A stretch of DNA of 64,000 nt from Centroscyllium fabricii (lineage: Eukaryota). Position numbers and translations under genes: made by a program. The notes below the pieces were generated by a model that saw nothing but the letters and a program-made list of their open reading frames with translations, was not told the origin of the DNA and ran no database searches. Below, piece after piece: positions 61,976 to 64,000 of the stretch; position 1 is the stretch's first letter; every line of letters begins with the position of its first letter. The DNA is taken from contig JBNRSN020000012.1 in the NCBI GenBank assembly GCA_051313645.2, positions 115,630,001 through 115,694,000 on the forward strand, read 5' to 3'.

Positions 61976-63020
61976 TATCACTTTCTCTTCAATAAATTAC
62001 CATAAATTATAGTTGTTGTCAGATCTCTGATACTGGAATTGTTACAAGCTGCAAATTAATTGTATTCTGTAAAAACGAATAGAATTGTTTTATTATACTG
62101 AACAGTTACAATTACAAACCAGCGTTACAAACTCTAGCTTGTAATCCGTCTTTGCAATGTACCTGCAGTATCTGCACTATTTACTGTGGTTTTTATTGTT
62201 CGGTGGTATTTATTACACCAAGTTGGATATGTGTAATGGATACAATATAAATGTACAGTGCTTGCAGTAGACTATATGGTATATGGTACCTAACATTTTG
62301 TTTGCTAGTACTGTTTTAAATGGATATATTGATATTTTATATCATTTAAAAATCTTGAAATGCTTTTATTTGCTATTATAACTGTAAATATTGACATTAA
62401 TATGTAAAATAGATCTTTTACAATGACTTTAAGTGGACATACTGATGAGATGAATTTAACAGCAAAATAACAGTTTTAAAAAAATAAAATATGTAAAATA
62501 TTTGTGTACATACATTGGCAAATTTTGAAAACTTATTTTTACAAATGTTTGTTGCTGAAAACTCCATGCATGTTGTCAAAAGAAAAGAGCAGAACCGTAA
62601 AGCACAACAGTCTGATCTCATTTGACAGTAATGGGACACCGTAATCTGTCGACTCCCTTCTGAGTGTAGATATAAAGGAGTAACAGAAAATGGGGCTGAT
62701 TTCAAAGCTGAAATTTAATTGCAGAATTCAGCTGCCATAATAAATCACCAGCCCCACGCTCCTGGTTTATGGATGCAATTTGAACCCCATAAATAGATTA
62801 TATGCTTAAATATCATGGCCTTCTACCCATTAATATTTATTAAATACCCCAGATGATGCAAAAGTATTAGTTGAGTTTTGTTTTATTAAATACTATTTTC
62901 ATCCATGGCCCAGTGTCTGTGTGAAGTAAGGTACCCTTGTTTTATGCTTGTACTTGGCAGCATTATATATTTTTCTTATGTTAGTGGTTACCTATTTCTT
63001 CTCACCAGAAATAAAAAAAA
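61976..63020 (+). other. DOCK10: Putative DOCK10 3' UTR with candidate AATAAA signals near 61991, 62483 and 63010
   Basis: AT-rich, transposon-free stretch after the stop; the actual cleavage site cannot be determined from sequence. Confidence 0.5.
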
Positions 63021-63437
63021 TTAAAAAAAATGAGTTTCTTGTGGAATAGTTTTTCAGGCCCCTCACTTTGAGGTTACAGATGTATTATGTTATCTGTCTG
63101 AGACTGGCGGATGCATTGTGTGATTCTCAGCGACAAGATCTGTATTACATTATCTAGCTGTGAATCGCATGCTTATGGCCACAAGAGAGCTCAGTGTGTG
63201 CATGCTTACATTCATATTCAGAATGGCATTCTCAACCAGGATATTTGTGAATGTTTTCTATGATAAAGGCACTATATGTTTTTTTTTAAAGGTTTAACAT
63301 TTACACAGACTCCACAGCAATTTTTAAACCTATTTTAACACCACACTTGAGTTGTTTTCCACACAGTGACAAGCCCAAATGATGTGATGAACTTTCCAAG
63401 AATGTCTTTCAATGGTACAATCTGAGGCCAGAGCGTA

Positions 63438-64000
63438 GGGGGAATTTTTCCGGAAGGGCGGGAACCTGGCGGGGATTGGTCTGGGCGGCTTCCGGTCCCT
63501 CCCGCCCAACCAGCTGGGAAGCCCACGCAATTTTAGGTTAATGTGGTTGTTAAATCCCCGTCGGCGGGAGCAGGAGGTAATTAGGTGAATTGAGTCGGGC
63601 TGCAGCGGAGCTGCGAGCACTTTGATTGACAGTTCCAGCACTGGTTGTTGTCAGTTCCCATGGCAACACTCCACTGTGACATCACAGTGGAGTGGAGCCA
63701 ATGGGAAAGGCCAAGTGCTGGTGACTGACAGGTGGGCGGGCGGGCTCCGAATTGCTCACAGCTCGCAGCGGCTGTGTGGCCATTGTGAGAACTGAGATTG
63801 CCTCAGCTGATACTGAAGGCAGAACAGAGTTACTATCTCCTCTAAGATGCTGGAGGTATGCCAAGCATTTGGCAGCATGTCCTTCACACCTTAAAGGAGA
63901 AAGTAATAAATTCAGGAAGTCACACAATACCAGGTTATAGTCCAGAAGGTATAACCAGCGCTGTGCTCCCGGGGTTTAAGTTGGCGGGGTTAGGGCAGAA
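63438..64000 (-). mobile_element. MITE family A, copy 4 (runs off the window)
   Basis: Reverse complement of 4825-5400, including the same ~45-bp internal insertion as copy 1. Confidence 0.9.

Overview
Vertebrate genomic DNA, most likely from a cartilaginous fish (HE1-type V-SINEs, SacSINE1/AmnSINE1-like fragments, shark-type CR1 tails). The + strand carries the 3' end of DOCK10 (DOCK-D/Zizimin GEF, DHR2 domain to stop). It has seven constitutive-looking exons: 514-627, 25394-25540, 25845-26055, 27772-27962, 32780-32880, 40234-40372 and 61850-61975. Two candidate alternative exons are invisible in the ORF track: a 6-nt Ala-Val microexon (3637-3642) and a 76-nt frameshifting cassette exon (57457-57532) that would make the last exon dual-frame. 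The introns are full of nested mobile DNA: CR1, L2, RTEX and Rex1/Babar LINE pieces; a full-length Mag-like Gypsy element whose PBS position pairs with its own LTR poly(A) signal and whose RT motif is YLDN; solo LTRs; a decayed two-gene Harbinger transposon; several GC-rich Harbinger-type MITE families; and Penelope-like inverted pseudo-LTRs carrying minimal hammerhead ribozymes. One MITE inserted into its own TIR to make a 1.4-kb palindrome. No prokaryotic features are present. Comparisons with orthologues and repeat families are from memory, not from searches.
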